Source: an uncultured bacterium (lineage in GTDB: Bacteria; Zhuqueibacterota; QNDG01; DTFT01). From it: 64,000 nt of DNA. Below the pieces are notes generated by a model that saw only the letters and a program-made list of their open reading frames with translations, made no database searches and had not been told where the DNA came from. Shown here one piece after another: positions 18,897 to 29,213 of this stretch (position 1 is its first letter; every line of letters starts with the position of its first letter). Both the position numbers and the translations under genes were made by a program. The stretch spans positions 32,001 to 96,000 of the forward strand of contig CAVTNR010000008.1 in the NCBI GenBank assembly GCA_963736115.1, written 5' to 3'.

Positions 18897-18898
18897 CG

Positions 18899-18932
18899 AA
18901 AGAAGGGAACTTCTTAAAAGGTCCCTTCTTTT
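18899..18932. terminator. Bidirectional terminator-like hairpin between convergent genes
   Basis: aaagaaggga...tcccttctttt. Confidence 0.55.
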
Positions 18933-18936
18933 AACG

Positions 18937-21654
18937 TTAATGCAGTGTCACTCCGAGATTCACGATCGGGGTGAACCCCAGCATGGGAATGTCGCGTGGA
19001 ACGGCCGGAACGACCTGGCCTTGCTGTGCGGCCCACCAATCGAATGAATAGTCACGATAGAGGACATTTTTCCGGTCGAAAATGTTCAACAGTGACATGC
19101 CGAATTCCCAGTTCAGCATGAGAAAATTATTGAACCGTCTGGTGATCTGAAAATCAACCCTTTGATACGATGGGAGCCGGGAACTGTTGATCAGACCCCT
19201 TTCAACGATAGAATGGTACTCGCCATACCATGCTGAGTATTCGGGTGTATAGGGTTTGCCGGACGCAAAGCAACCGCTAATCGAGAATCGGATCGATGCG
19301 AGTTCGAATGCCGCGACTCCCTTGAGTTCGTGCGTCCGGTCTTCATCTGCAGGCATGGGACCGCCCGAGTACCCGTCAAAAGAACTTAGGCGGGAATCCA
19401 GCGTGTATTCAGAACGGTTCAGACGGTAGGATATCCAGCCGGTGATAACTCCGTCCTTTTTTTGCGCTGTCCAGGAAAAACCCTTTGCCACGCCGGATCC
19501 TGGATAACCCCCAATCCGGTCTTGAGGCCAGAACTGCGGGTAGGACTTGCGATACCCTTCCATTGACAGGCCCCATACTTCCGTTTCGTATCGAATATCC
19601 AGGATCACATGCCTGTGAGCGTTCAACATATAGTACTCATCCATTGTTTCGAACCGCATCCAGTAGGCGAGATTCGGTCGCAGATACAGGGACAGGTAAT
19701 CTTCATTCCTTATAAACTGATGATATTCCCCGAAGGAGATGCCTGTTTTTAGCCGACTGTGGATGATGCCGTTGATCGATAGGCGCGGTTCGAGAAAGAA
19801 GTGACGCTCACTTCCCCAGCTTACCGGTTGGTACGAGGTGATGGAGTCCGTGCGGTATCCGGGGCCTCCGCGGTATCTAAATTCGGAGAATATCCCCCTT
19901 AAACCCAAATTTACGGAAAATAAGGGAGTGGGTGTCCAGCGGTTCTGAATGTAGGCGATTTTATTGATGACGCCATCGAGCGACTTTTGTTTCTCCTCGA
20001 CTAACTGATCCAGAATATTATAATTATATTCGCGCCACAGGACGTCGTTTTGCGTGAAGTTCAGTCCGTATTCGATATTGATTTTGTCGAAATGAAGTCG
20101 ATTGCCGAGCTTGAATGTCCATTCTTTCAGACGGTAGCGAGTCGCATGATTGCGCCACAGATACGAAATGGAATCCCCGTTCCGGGTGCCCCTCTCCTCA
20201 ATCCAATTGGGATGGAAGTCCGAATATGTCGCGGAGAAAGCTGATGTGTGCGAGAGATTCCACTCATGATGCCATTTTGCGGAAATGCCCCAATTCTTCA
20301 GTCGTTCCCAGCCACCGTTGAAATGATGGCCCGCTGAATCGTCGTAAACAGCAACGGTTCTGTCTTTCTCCTGCTTATAGTAAAAGGTGGATGAAAACCG
20401 GTCGAATGTGGAGCCTGAATAGGATATTCTAGCCGCGAAATCCGAGAATGAATACCTGCGCTTCGCAGGTGTGTCCACAGGGCGGTCGTTGATCCACATG
20501 CTGTAATTTGAGCGGTGGAGTCCCTTGACCATCAGAAAATCATCGATATCACCATAATATTTTCCGGTGATTATATTGTCATGCGATTTTCTTGCCCCAG
20601 TGAACAAGCGGAGTTTTTTCGTCAAGGGCCATTCCACAAAGGCGTTTGCGTGGAACGGGTCAGCGCCAATGCCGGCGTTGAATCGGCACTCCGGAACCGT
20701 ATTGCCGGTAAGTTCGATGATGCCGCCGGCCTGCTCCCCGTATGGGGCCGGATATCCGCCTTTCCAGACGGTCACTTTCTCGATCATGCGTGGATGCAGA
20801 GGTCCCAGCCATCCGTAGTACGTGCCCGTCTTGCGGATAGGGATGTCATCCAGGAGAAGGATGTTCTCATTATCCGTGCCGCCGTAGAAGCCGATTCTCG
20901 ACGCATGGTCGTAAGCAGCGCTGACTCCGGGTAGAAGCTGAAGCGAGCGGCCGAATGCGCCTGCCTCCGGAGAGGGGATGTAATCCAATTTCCGGGGAGA
21001 AAAGACGATTGCCTCTGTTCTGATGGAAAGTCCGGATTCCGCGAAACGTTCCGCTTCAACAAAAACGGATTCCGTTTCTATCGGTGTTTCGCGCATGGAA
21101 ATACGGAGTGAATCCCTGTCTGATAAGGATCGAAGCCGGATCTGCTCCGGGTGATACCCGATGTAGCTGACACGTATGGTGCAGGAGTCCGGATGGCTGT
21201 TCCGGAGAACGAAAGACCCGTCCGTGTCCGATGTCGTACCGGTGGCAGTCCCCTCCTGCACGATATTGGCGAAAGGCAGGCCGTTGCCGCTGGAAGCATC
21301 CACCACCCAGCCCCGTATCAGGCGTTCCGCGGTTCTGGCGTCATATAAAACGACGGGACCGGAGCGAATCCGCTTGAACGAGATTGAGAGGGGGGAAAGA
21401 ATGCGTTCCAGCGCCTGATCCAATGATAGGCACTCCAAGGAACAGGTGACGGTGCGGCCCTCGACCAGGTCGTCCTGGAATACGAACCCCATTCCGCTTT
21501 GGTCCGAAACGGCCTTCAACACATTCCGGAGCGGTTCCCGCTCGTAGTGTAGTGTCAGATTTCCGGGTTGCGGACTGGCGGGAAGTAGACTCCACGCAGG
21601 ATTATGCGCAAACAGCACCAGACTGATCACGAGCAGGCGGAAAAACCGGTTCAC
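18937..21654 (-). CDS. TonB-dependent receptor/transducer with STN and CarboxypepD_reg-like domains (copy 1)
   Basis: Signal peptide, STN (LRNVLKAVSDQSG..FVF), LPFANI..GT..GT.SD.DG.F, plug LQLLPGV, C-terminal RLPSYQR.D, N.FDR.N. Confidence 0.9.
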   Translation of the reverse strand: MNRFFRLLVISLVLFAHNPAWSLLPASPQPGNLTLHYEREPLRNVLKAVSDQSGMGFVFQDDLVEGRTVTCSLECLSLDQALERILSPLSISFKRIRSGPVVLYDARTAERLIRGWVVDASSGNGLPFANIVQEGTATGTTSDTDGSFVLRNSHPDSCTIRVSYIGYHPEQIRLRSLSDRDSLRISMRETPIETESVFVEAERFAESGLSIRTEAIVFSPRKLDYIPSPEAGAFGRSLQLLPGVSAAYDHASRIGFYGGTDNENILLLDDIPIRKTGTYYGWLGPLHPRMIEKVTVWKGGYPAPYGEQAGGIIELTGNTVPECRFNAGIGADPFHANAFVEWPLTKKLRLFTGARKSHDNIITGKYYGDIDDFLMVKGLHRSNYSMWINDRPVDTPAKRRYSFSDFAARISYSGSTFDRFSSTFYYKQEKDRTVAVYDDSAGHHFNGGWERLKNWGISAKWHHEWNLSHTSAFSATYSDFHPNWIEERGTRNGDSISYLWRNHATRYRLKEWTFKLGNRLHFDKINIEYGLNFTQNDVLWREYNYNILDQLVEEKQKSLDGVINKIAYIQNRWTPTPLFSVNLGLRGIFSEFRYRGGPGYRTDSITSYQPVSWGSERHFFLEPRLSINGIIHSRLKTGISFGEYHQFIRNEDYLSLYLRPNLAYWMRFETMDEYYMLNAHRHVILDIRYETEVWGLSMEGYRKSYPQFWPQDRIGGYPGSGVAKGFSWTAQKKDGVITGWISYRLNRSEYTLDSRLSSFDGYSGGPMPADEDRTHELKGVAAFELASIRFSISGCFASGKPYTPEYSAWYGEYHSIVERGLINSSRLPSYQRVDFQITRRFNNFLMLNWEFGMSLLNIFDRKNVLYRDYSFDWWAAQQGQVVPAVPRDIPMLGFTPIVNLGVTLH

Positions 21655-21723
21655 GAATGCCCTCCAAATTCATCTGTTGTTTTTTATCTTCCTGTCGAAC
21701 TGAACGCGGAGCCGAATGCGACC

Positions 21724-24456
21724 TCACCGGAGCGAAACCCCGACGCTCGCCATGGGCGTGAAGCCGAGCGACGGGATATCGATGATTGTAGGAGTCATCA
21801 GAACGCCGTCCTGCCAATTCGAGCTATCAAATTGATCGTCCCGGCAATAGACGTTTTCCCAGTCAAAAACATTCAGAATCGAGAGCCCTAGCAGCCAGTC
21901 CAAATGTAACCGGTTTTCAAATTTTTTCGTGATCCGTACATCCAGACGACGGTAGGCTGGAAGGCGAAGGGCGTTCAGAGGGCCGCTAATCTCATTGATG
22001 AACCAAGCCTTCTCCTCCCCAATCCACATATACTCTGGTGCTAATTCCGGAGTCATCGACTCCCGGACGGTATAGGGGATACCCGACGCAAGGACGCCGG
22101 TGACGGAAAGAAGGCATGAACCCAGGTGATGTTCCGAAACGGCCTTTATTTCATGCGGCCTGTCCAGGTAAGCCGGCACGATACGGCCTTCCGGTGAATC
22201 GTCCCGGAATACGGAACGGTTCATCCGATAGGAAATCCATCCGGTCCATGCGCCCGCTGTCTTCCGCGCGGTCCAATCAACACCCCGGGTCGATCCGCCC
22301 CGCCGAAGGGAAGGGCCGATTCCCGGGTAAGTCGTGTAACGGCCATCCAACCGGAGTTCGTATTGATCGGTCCGGTAGTGCAAATCCAGAACGAACGGCC
22401 GCGAGGCGATGAACATGCCGGGATCATTCATGGCGGACCATTGATCCGCCAGGGATGGGTAGGTGGATGGTTCATGTACAGGATATCTGCGGATGTATTG
22501 GTGGCAGGCGGCATAAGCCAGGCCGACGCTTAAATTTCCAGTAAATGAAATCCGGGCCGACAAACGGGGATCGATGCGGGTTCGAAAAGTCATTTCTTTT
22601 TGCGGGCCATCCTGTATTTGCCAGTCAACCATTGTCGACTCGATAACATAGCCAGTCAAACCGCTGCTAGACGCTCGAAATTGCGGTACAACTGCTCTTA
22701 ATCCAAGGATCAGATCCACCCCCCGGATCGGAGAGAAACGATCCTGAATAAAGGCGATATGGTTTCTAATCCGGGATCGATGGGAATAGGCGAATACGGG
22801 TTCGCCGTCGGGTGCAAGAAGAACAAGAGAGGGATCAAATGTTTTCACGGTTTCATGGAATTCGTGGACACGCAATTCATATCCGAAGTCCAGGGAAAAT
22901 GAATCCGAATCATATCGGTTGTTCAGTTGAATGCTCCGGTATTGTAAATTCTGGCCGTCCTGAGCACGAATGTCCTCGTAAGCGTTAGAGCTCCCGATTC
23001 GGAGTCCATACTCGACTCGAGAAACCGGGAAATAATCCAAGTAGGCCGCGGTCCATTTCGTCCGGAAGCGCGGATTCCACTTCTGTTCCCAGTTTCCTGA
23101 CAGTCCCGCGTTTTCGAGCTTTTCCCGGTATTTTCCAAAGTCCTGGTCGGCCGGGTCGTTTGTCCGGCAGTTATATCGATATTCCTCCTTTTTCAGGAAA
23201 AAGGTCAGACCCGCCCGGAGAGCTCCACCGGATGCGTAAGTGAATTTGCCTGCCACATCCTGGAAGTCATATTTTCGAACAGCATTGCCGTTCTCTTCAT
23301 TTACGACCCATGAGTAGGGGTTTGCGTTGTGAATCAGAAGGCGGTTGAAGATAGGCCGGTAATACGCGCCGGAGATGATGTCCGGGTGTGAACGACGTGC
23401 ACCGACAAATCCTTTGAGCCCTTTCGCGATCGGACATTCGATGAAGGCATTCGAACTGAACATGTCGATGCCCGCGCCTGCGTTGAACCGGTTCCCCGGG
23501 ACAGTGTTGCCCGTCAGTTCAACGATGCCGCCTGTCTGGTCCCCGTAAGGCGCCGGATACGCCGTTTTCCAGACAGTCGCCTTTTCGAACATCCTCGGGT
23601 GAAGGGGGCTTAAAAACCCGTAATAGGCGCCAGGCTGGTAAAGAGGTATACCGTCCAGGGAAACGAGCGTTTCCAGGTCCATACTTCCATCCAGATTCAA
23701 CACGGCTGCCTGATCCTGGGCCGCGTCGGCTCCAGGAAGCATCTGGAGCATCCGGCCGAACCCGCCGTCCGCGGAGGGGATGTAATCGAGCCGGCCTGGG
23801 AGAAAATCAATCCGGCCGGGATCAGTTGAAAACCGCAGGTCGGGAATCCGCTCCCCCTCCACTTCCACGGAAAGGGCCTCGATGGGTTGTTCCTGCATGG
23901 CGATCCGCAGGGAATCCGGCCAAACTCCGTCCTTCAGCCGGATCTGCTCCGGGTGATACCCGATGTAGCTGACGCGTATGGTGCACGAGTCCGGATGGCT
24001 GTTCCGGAGAACGAAGGACCCGTCCGTGTCCGATGTCGTACCGGTGGCAGTCCCTTCCTGCACGATGTTGGCGAAAGGCAATCCGTTGCCATTGGAAGCA
24101 TCCACGACCCAGCCTCGTATTAGGCGGTCCGCCGTTCTGGAGTCATATAGAACAACGGGTCCGGAGGGAATCCGTTTGAAAGAGATAGAAAGGGGAGAAA
24201 GAATGCGTTCCAGCGCATGATCCAAGGATAGATCATCAAAGGAACCAGTGACGGTCCGGCCCTCCACCAGGTCGTCCTGGAACACGAACCCCGCGCCGCT
24301 TTGGTCCGAAACGGTCTTCAAGACATTCCTGAGCGGTTCATCCTCGCAGCGCAGGGTGAGGACTTCACTTGCATCGGCTGAGAAGACGGGGGATGCTGCA
24401 GTGAAAGATATCCATGACAGGAGGTGGGCAAGAGACAGAAGGATCCGTTTTATCAT
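21724..24456 (-). CDS. TonB-dependent receptor/transducer with STN domain (copy 2)
   Basis: Same architecture as copy 1; near-identical N-terminal about 135 aa; AGGAG RBS. Confidence 0.9.
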   Translation of the reverse strand: MIKRILLSLAHLLSWISFTAASPVFSADASEVLTLRCEDEPLRNVLKTVSDQSGAGFVFQDDLVEGRTVTGSFDDLSLDHALERILSPLSISFKRIPSGPVVLYDSRTADRLIRGWVVDASNGNGLPFANIVQEGTATGTTSDTDGSFVLRNSHPDSCTIRVSYIGYHPEQIRLKDGVWPDSLRIAMQEQPIEALSVEVEGERIPDLRFSTDPGRIDFLPGRLDYIPSADGGFGRMLQMLPGADAAQDQAAVLNLDGSMDLETLVSLDGIPLYQPGAYYGFLSPLHPRMFEKATVWKTAYPAPYGDQTGGIVELTGNTVPGNRFNAGAGIDMFSSNAFIECPIAKGLKGFVGARRSHPDIISGAYYRPIFNRLLIHNANPYSWVVNEENGNAVRKYDFQDVAGKFTYASGGALRAGLTFFLKKEEYRYNCRTNDPADQDFGKYREKLENAGLSGNWEQKWNPRFRTKWTAAYLDYFPVSRVEYGLRIGSSNAYEDIRAQDGQNLQYRSIQLNNRYDSDSFSLDFGYELRVHEFHETVKTFDPSLVLLAPDGEPVFAYSHRSRIRNHIAFIQDRFSPIRGVDLILGLRAVVPQFRASSSGLTGYVIESTMVDWQIQDGPQKEMTFRTRIDPRLSARISFTGNLSVGLAYAACHQYIRRYPVHEPSTYPSLADQWSAMNDPGMFIASRPFVLDLHYRTDQYELRLDGRYTTYPGIGPSLRRGGSTRGVDWTARKTAGAWTGWISYRMNRSVFRDDSPEGRIVPAYLDRPHEIKAVSEHHLGSCLLSVTGVLASGIPYTVRESMTPELAPEYMWIGEEKAWFINEISGPLNALRLPAYRRLDVRITKKFENRLHLDWLLGLSILNVFDWENVYCRDDQFDSSNWQDGVLMTPTIIDIPSLGFTPMASVGVSLR

Positions 24457-24499
24457 GTTCATCTCCTGTTGATCGAACAATCCGGTTTATTCAGTGGGA

Positions 24500-25042
24500 T
24501 CAATAATACACCGGGTGGCTGATAAAATTTCCGCCCCAGACCACCCACAGAGAATCAGCATCGGATCGGGCAATGGATGGGGAAAGCGCGAAAGCCTGAC
24601 GTCCCCTGCAGCCCCAGCAGAACCGTGTCGGATCTCTCTCTGAGTTTGTGAAGGTCACATGCCACTCCCAATCCTCTTCAAGCGGCAGAGTCACTACCCC
24701 CGAGGCTGCCATTTCACCAGTCGAGTCGGCGATGAAGAACGACACTTCTATCTCTCCCGATGTACCGGTCGGGACGGTTGTGCTGTGCGGCACCACAAGA
24801 GCGGAGTCGGGCCTGAAATTCGCTCCGAAAAGGATAATCTGGCGGTGCAATTCTCTGAACGTGACAGTGAGCATGGACGCGCTCAACGGGGAAGAAAGCC
24901 TCGAAACCGCCATGATTCGGGATCGGGCGATGTCCGAAGGGGCCAGGGCCGCCTTTTTTCTCTCGCAGTATGGAAAAAGTGAAACGATACCGACCATGAT
25001 CGTGATGCGCGCGATACGATTCATCCAGAATGAGTGATACAT
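24500..25042 (-). CDS. Hypothetical exported / lipoprotein
   Basis: Hydrophobic N-terminus ending in Cys, CWGC motif; lies between fecR and the TBDRs. Confidence 0.55.
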   Translation of the reverse strand: MYHSFWMNRIARITIMVGIVSLFPYCERKKAALAPSDIARSRIMAVSRLSSPLSASMLTVTFRELHRQIILFGANFRPDSALVVPHSTTVPTGTSGEIEVSFFIADSTGEMAASGVVTLPLEEDWEWHVTFTNSERDPTRFCWGCRGRQAFALSPSIARSDADSLWVVWGGNFISHPVYY

Positions 25043-25046
25043 CGGA

Positions 25047-26066
25047 TCAGTCCTTTTGTATGACATACCGTCCATTCGTTTTAGTGAATGACGCGCCCAG
25101 ACTCAGACACAGCGAAGACAGCACGGTTTCAGCGGCCGGCTTGTCGAATTCGGCGGTCACGGTCCTGGAGGCCAGGTCCGCATCCTCGAGAATCACGGTC
25201 ACGTCCAATGTCCTTTTCAATTCGGCCAGGACCTCGGACACGGGCGCGCGGTCGAAAACCATCCGGCCTTCGAGCCAGCCGAGCATGCGGTCCGCGTCCA
25301 CCGATTCCGGCTCGGACACGCTGCCGTCCGGACAGGACCGGCTCATCCGGTTCCGCGTGAGAATCACGGTCCCGTTCCCGCTTCCGGAAGAAAAAGCCAC
25401 CCGGCCCTGCTGGACGACGAGCCGGGTGGCTCCCTCCCTGGCCCACACGTCAAAGCGCGTTCCCAGGACCGTGGTCTTCGCATCAGCCGTGGCCACGACG
25501 AACGGTTTGGAACCATGCGCCACATCGAAGAAGGCCTGGCCTGAAAGCGTCACTTTTCTTTCTTTACCCGTGAAACGGGCGGGGTACGAGAGCCGCGAGC
25601 CGCTGTTCAGGCGGATCCGCGAACCGTCCGACAGAACGACCTCGAGTCTCTGGCGGTTTGCGGATTCCAGAATCCGGACTGGGTCGCTGAAGGTCCTGGT
25701 TCGCAGGGCCCAAAAAGAAAACAGCGCCAGAACGGACAGTCCGAGGCATGCCCATGCGGCCCGGGTTCGGGGCGCCTGAAGGAAGGACAGCCAGGCCGGC
25801 CGGATCCCGACCGTCCGGGAGCGGACTGTGGCGGGAGCAGAGGCCAGGCCGAGTGATTGCTCCAGAACCCGCCATCCGGATTCAGCGTCCGGCGTCACCG
25901 GGAGTGAACCGGGCTCCGACAGCCGCCAGGCGGCCGTTATTTCCTCCATCCGCTTCCGGTTGTCCGGGGAGAGGGACAGCCATTCATCCAGAGCGGCGTT
26001 CTCCTCCGCTGATATCTCGCCGGACAACCGTTTCGCGCAGAGCGAAAAATAATCCCAATGTTTCAT
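25047..26066 (-). CDS. fecR: FecR-family anti-sigma factor
   Basis: N-terminal E...L.EW, single TM, LSDGSRI.LNSGS.L.YP, GQAFFDV, VLGTRFDV, C-terminal DUF4974-like region. Confidence 0.93.
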   Translation of the reverse strand: MKHWDYFSLCAKRLSGEISAEENAALDEWLSLSPDNRKRMEEITAAWRLSEPGSLPVTPDAESGWRVLEQSLGLASAPATVRSRTVGIRPAWLSFLQAPRTRAAWACLGLSVLALFSFWALRTRTFSDPVRILESANRQRLEVVLSDGSRIRLNSGSRLSYPARFTGKERKVTLSGQAFFDVAHGSKPFVVATADAKTTVLGTRFDVWAREGATRLVVQQGRVAFSSGSGNGTVILTRNRMSRSCPDGSVSEPESVDADRMLGWLEGRMVFDRAPVSEVLAELKRTLDVTVILEDADLASRTVTAEFDKPAAETVLSSLCLSLGASFTKTNGRYVIQKD

Positions 26067-26096
26067 TCAATGGTTCCTTCCATAGGGGTTCTCATA

Positions 26097-26128
26097 ATAG
26101 CATACGCCCGAAACGGGAAAAACCCTAT
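26097..26128 (-). promoter_or_regulatory. Candidate ECF-dependent promoter upstream of fecR
   Basis: ATAGGG-N15-GCGTATG resembles motifs found between ECF and fecR genes in Bacteroidota-like loci (inference). Confidence 0.35.
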
Positions 26129-26162
26129 CCGGCGGGAGAAGAAATTTATGGGGAAGGGGGAA

Positions 26163-26723
26163 TCAGAGGGAAAGCATACGGCGTAGATGTTCCAGCGCAC
26201 GGCTGACGCGGCTTTCGACCGTCTTGACGGACACGCCCAGGACCTCCGCGATTTCAGCGTATTTCAGGCCCTGGTGCCGGTTCAGGAGGAAGGTTTCACG
26301 AATTTCGTCGGGCAGGGAATCGATCGCGGACCGGATGTCCATACGCAGGTTCGCGTCGCCTTCAGGATTGTCACGTAGATGGTGAAGCGAATCCGGATTC
26401 GCGTGTAAAACACTTTCCCTGTCCGACTTTCGGTAGAGGTCGATGATCAGGCGGTGAACGATGCGGTATAGGTAGGCCTTGACGGATTTGTCCGGATCCA
26501 GAGTCCGTCGGTTCCGCCACAGACGCGTGAAAGCGTCCTGCAGGATATCCTTCACGGATTCCGCTGAATTCGTCCTGTACCAGGCGTAACGGAACAGGGG
26601 ATCGTGATATCGGAAATAGAGAACGCGGAACGCGTCCGCGTCGGAGTTTCGTACGGCGCGGACCAGGTCGGCATCCGAGTCAGTTGAGGAGGGATTCCCC
26701 CTCCCTGGGGTCCCTGCGGGCAT
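26163..26723 (-). CDS. ECF sigma-70 factor (FecI-like)
   Basis: AFRVLY.RY, D.LQDAF.RLW, AYLYRI, LP...RETFLL.R..GLKY.EIAEVLGVSVKTVE. Confidence 0.95.
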   Translation of the reverse strand: MPAGTPGRGNPSSTDSDADLVRAVRNSDADAFRVLYFRYHDPLFRYAWYRTNSAESVKDILQDAFTRLWRNRRTLDPDKSVKAYLYRIVHRLIIDLYRKSDRESVLHANPDSLHHLRDNPEGDANLRMDIRSAIDSLPDEIRETFLLNRHQGLKYAEIAEVLGVSVKTVESRVSRALEHLRRMLSL

Positions 26724-26731
26724 AGGAAACA

Positions 26732-26760
26732 AATTTAGGAATTATCGAAACGGATTACAA
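26732..26760 (-). promoter_or_regulatory. sigma70 promoter of ECF gene (near-leaderless)
   Basis: TTGTAA-N17-TAAATT ending 8 nt before ATG 26723. Confidence 0.5.
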
Positions 26761-26762
26761 GT

Positions 26763-26804
26763 AAAAAAAACTGCGACGCACCTGAGAGGTGGGTCGCAGT
26801 TTTT
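26763..26804. terminator. Bidirectional intrinsic terminator after Ehr operon
   Basis: A8-ctgcgac...gtcgcag-T5. Confidence 0.75.
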
Positions 26805-26875
26805 AAAAGACATGAGACCACCCCGGGGCCGAAGGTCGTGCAAACTGCAGCCTTGGAGTCGGTCAAATTAAAATG

Positions 26876-27668
26876 CTACCGTTTCTCCAGTTTCCCCAGA
26901 AGCCTCAGCAAACCGTCCAGAATCGTGATCGGGTGCGGGGGACATCCGGGCACGTACAGGTCCACAGGTACGAGGGGATCCGCGCCGCCGCAGACTTCCG
27001 GATGCCCCGCGTACAGCCCGCCGGAGATCGCGCATGCGCCCACCGCAATGACGAGCTTCGGGTCAGGCACGGCTTCGTAGGTGCTCAGCAGGGCAGTCGC
27101 GCATGCCGCGGCTCACGGGCCCGGTGATGAGCAGGCCGTCCGCGTGGCGGGGCGAGGCGACGATCTGTATGCCGAAACGGCCCAGGTCGAACACCACCGT
27201 GGTCAGCACGTTGATGTCCGCTTCGCACGCGTTGCATCCGCCAGCGCTGACCTGCCTGAGCTTGAGCGAGCGGCCGAACAGTTTCCGGATGCGTCCGCCG
27301 ACCGCGTCCGCCAGCCGGAGCGGGTCGCCGCTGAACATCAGGTCGGCCCTCGACCGGACTGCGAGCCGGTAATCGTTCGTGAAGCGGATCGCGCCGGACG
27401 GGCATGCGGCAACGCAGTCGCCGCAGAAAATGCACCGGCCCAGGTCGATGCGGATGCGGCCTTCGGGCGGTCCGTCTTTCCGGACCGATATGGCAGACGC
27501 CGGGCATGCAGCCGCGCAGGCTTGCGACCGGGCCGCGCATTTCCCGCCGCAGGCCGAGGGATCGACGGCCGGCAGGCCGCGGAGACGGTCCGGCAGTTCC
27601 GGGGGTTGCGCCGGGAAGAGAATGGTCCGGTGTTTCTGGCGCAGACGTGTTTTCAGTATATCCAGCAT
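26876..27668 (-). CDS. ehrS: Ehr small subunit: 2x[4Fe-4S] ferredoxin fused to NuoB-like domain (frameshift near 27090)
   Basis: CIFCGDC..ACP, SAGGCNACE, SPRHADGL, GACA, PGCPPHP. Confidence 0.85.
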
Positions 27669-27678
27669 GTCCTTTTTC

Positions 27679-29213
27679 CTAGAGGTCGTGACCGCAATAG
27701 GACAGGTTGAAGCTCTTGTTGCAGAGGGGAAAATCCGATACCGCCTGCCCACGCATGGCCATGGCCAGTCCGAACCAGTTGTGGAACGAGGGATCCACGA
27801 TCTTGTGAAAAACCACGGCGCCCCGCCGGCCGGTCATGACGACATGCGCGATCTCGCCCCGCCATCCCTCGACGAGAGACACGGCGAAGCGGCCCGCGGC
27901 CGGAGCCGCGGTTTCCACCGCGACCGGACCCTCGGGCAGGGCGTCCATCTGGCCGCGGATGAATTCGACGGATCGTTCGCATTCGATTCTGCGCACCAGG
28001 GCCCTTCCGAAGACGTCCCCGGTTTCGGAGGTCGCGACCGGGATGTGGGCGAAACCGGTATATGCCGACCGGAAAATCGGACCGCGCGTCGAGCCCCAGG
28101 CCGGAGGCCCGGGCCGCGGGCCCCACCATGCCCAGATCCGCGGCCGCGCGCCTCGAAAGGACACCCGTGTTCTCGAAGCGGCTGAGCACGGACGTGTTGC
28201 GGAACATCAGTTCCACGGCGCCGGTCAGGTCCGCGGCGATGCGATCGAGCCGGGTCAGAAAAGTCCGGATTCGGACCTCGTCCGCATCGAAACGCACGCC
28301 TCCGACTTCCACCAGGGTCCGGCCGAACCGGCTGCCGCACAGCAGGGCCGTCAGGTTGAGAAAGTCGCCGCGGATGCGGCCGCAATAGGAGGCTGTGGGA
28401 AGGAACCCGACGTCGCCCGCGAGCGCGCCGAGGTCTCCGGTGTGATTGGCCAGACGCTCGAGCTCCAGAGCGCGACGCCCCGCAGGGCGAGGCCGCGCGG
28501 CGGCGCCTGTGCGCCTGCGAGGGCCTCGTGGCAGATCGCCGCGGCCAGCGCGTGTCCGATCGTGGTGTCCCCGGCCGCGGTCTCGATCATGCGGAGCGCG
28601 GCGGATCGGGATTTCCGAGGAAGCGCGGCTTCCACGCCGCGGTGCTGATACCCCAGGCTGATCTCCAGGTGGTACACGTGCTCGCCGTGGCACTGGAAAC
28701 GGAAATGACCGGGCTCGATGACGCCCGCGTGCACGGGGCCGACCGCGACCTCGTGAATCTCTCCGCCGCCGAGGCGGTAGAAATCCATGGCGCCCCGGGC
28801 CCCGCGGCCGCGCCGGATTTCGGATCCGGCGCGGAACGGACCGGCTTCAGCCAGGGGTGGCCGGCCGGCTTGACGCCGGTCTGCTCGAAGATCTCGCGCT
28901 CGAACAGATGGGCCTGGGGGCATTCGGGCGTGAGCGAGGGGAAGGAGGCGCCGGCATCCGTCGCGAACGCGGACAGCCAGCCGGATTCGTCGAAAGCCAG
29001 AACCGCGAACAGCCTGGCGCGGACGCGGGAAGCGCTGCCGCCTGAGGATGTCTTCAGGCGGTCCGTCGGAACGCCGAAAAAAGCGCAGATGCGTCCGCCG
29101 CGGCCGATTCCGCCGATCATCGCGTTCCGGAACGCGGCCGGGCTCAGGACCGGAATGTCCTTCGCCGCGACTGCCAGCCCGTTCCGGAGCGGGAGCCCGG
29201 AAAGCGGTCTCAT
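27679..29213 (-). CDS. ehrL: Ehr large subunit (NuoC+NuoD/HycE-like) lacking NiFe ligands; several frameshifts
   Basis: AHLFEREI, VGPVHAGVIEPGHFRF, LGYQHRG, ELERLANH, EGWRGE, DPSFHNW, DFPLCNKSFNLSYCGHDL. Confidence 0.85.

Noticed and set aside
21134-24340. Diversity-generating retroelement TR/VR pair
   Set aside because: No reverse transcriptase, differences are not adenine-specific, and both copies are N-terminal coding regions of paralogs
27679-29213. Functional group 4 [NiFe]-hydrogenase / formate hydrogenlyase
   Set aside because: Both Ni-binding CxxC motifs are absent and no maturases are present; called Ehr instead
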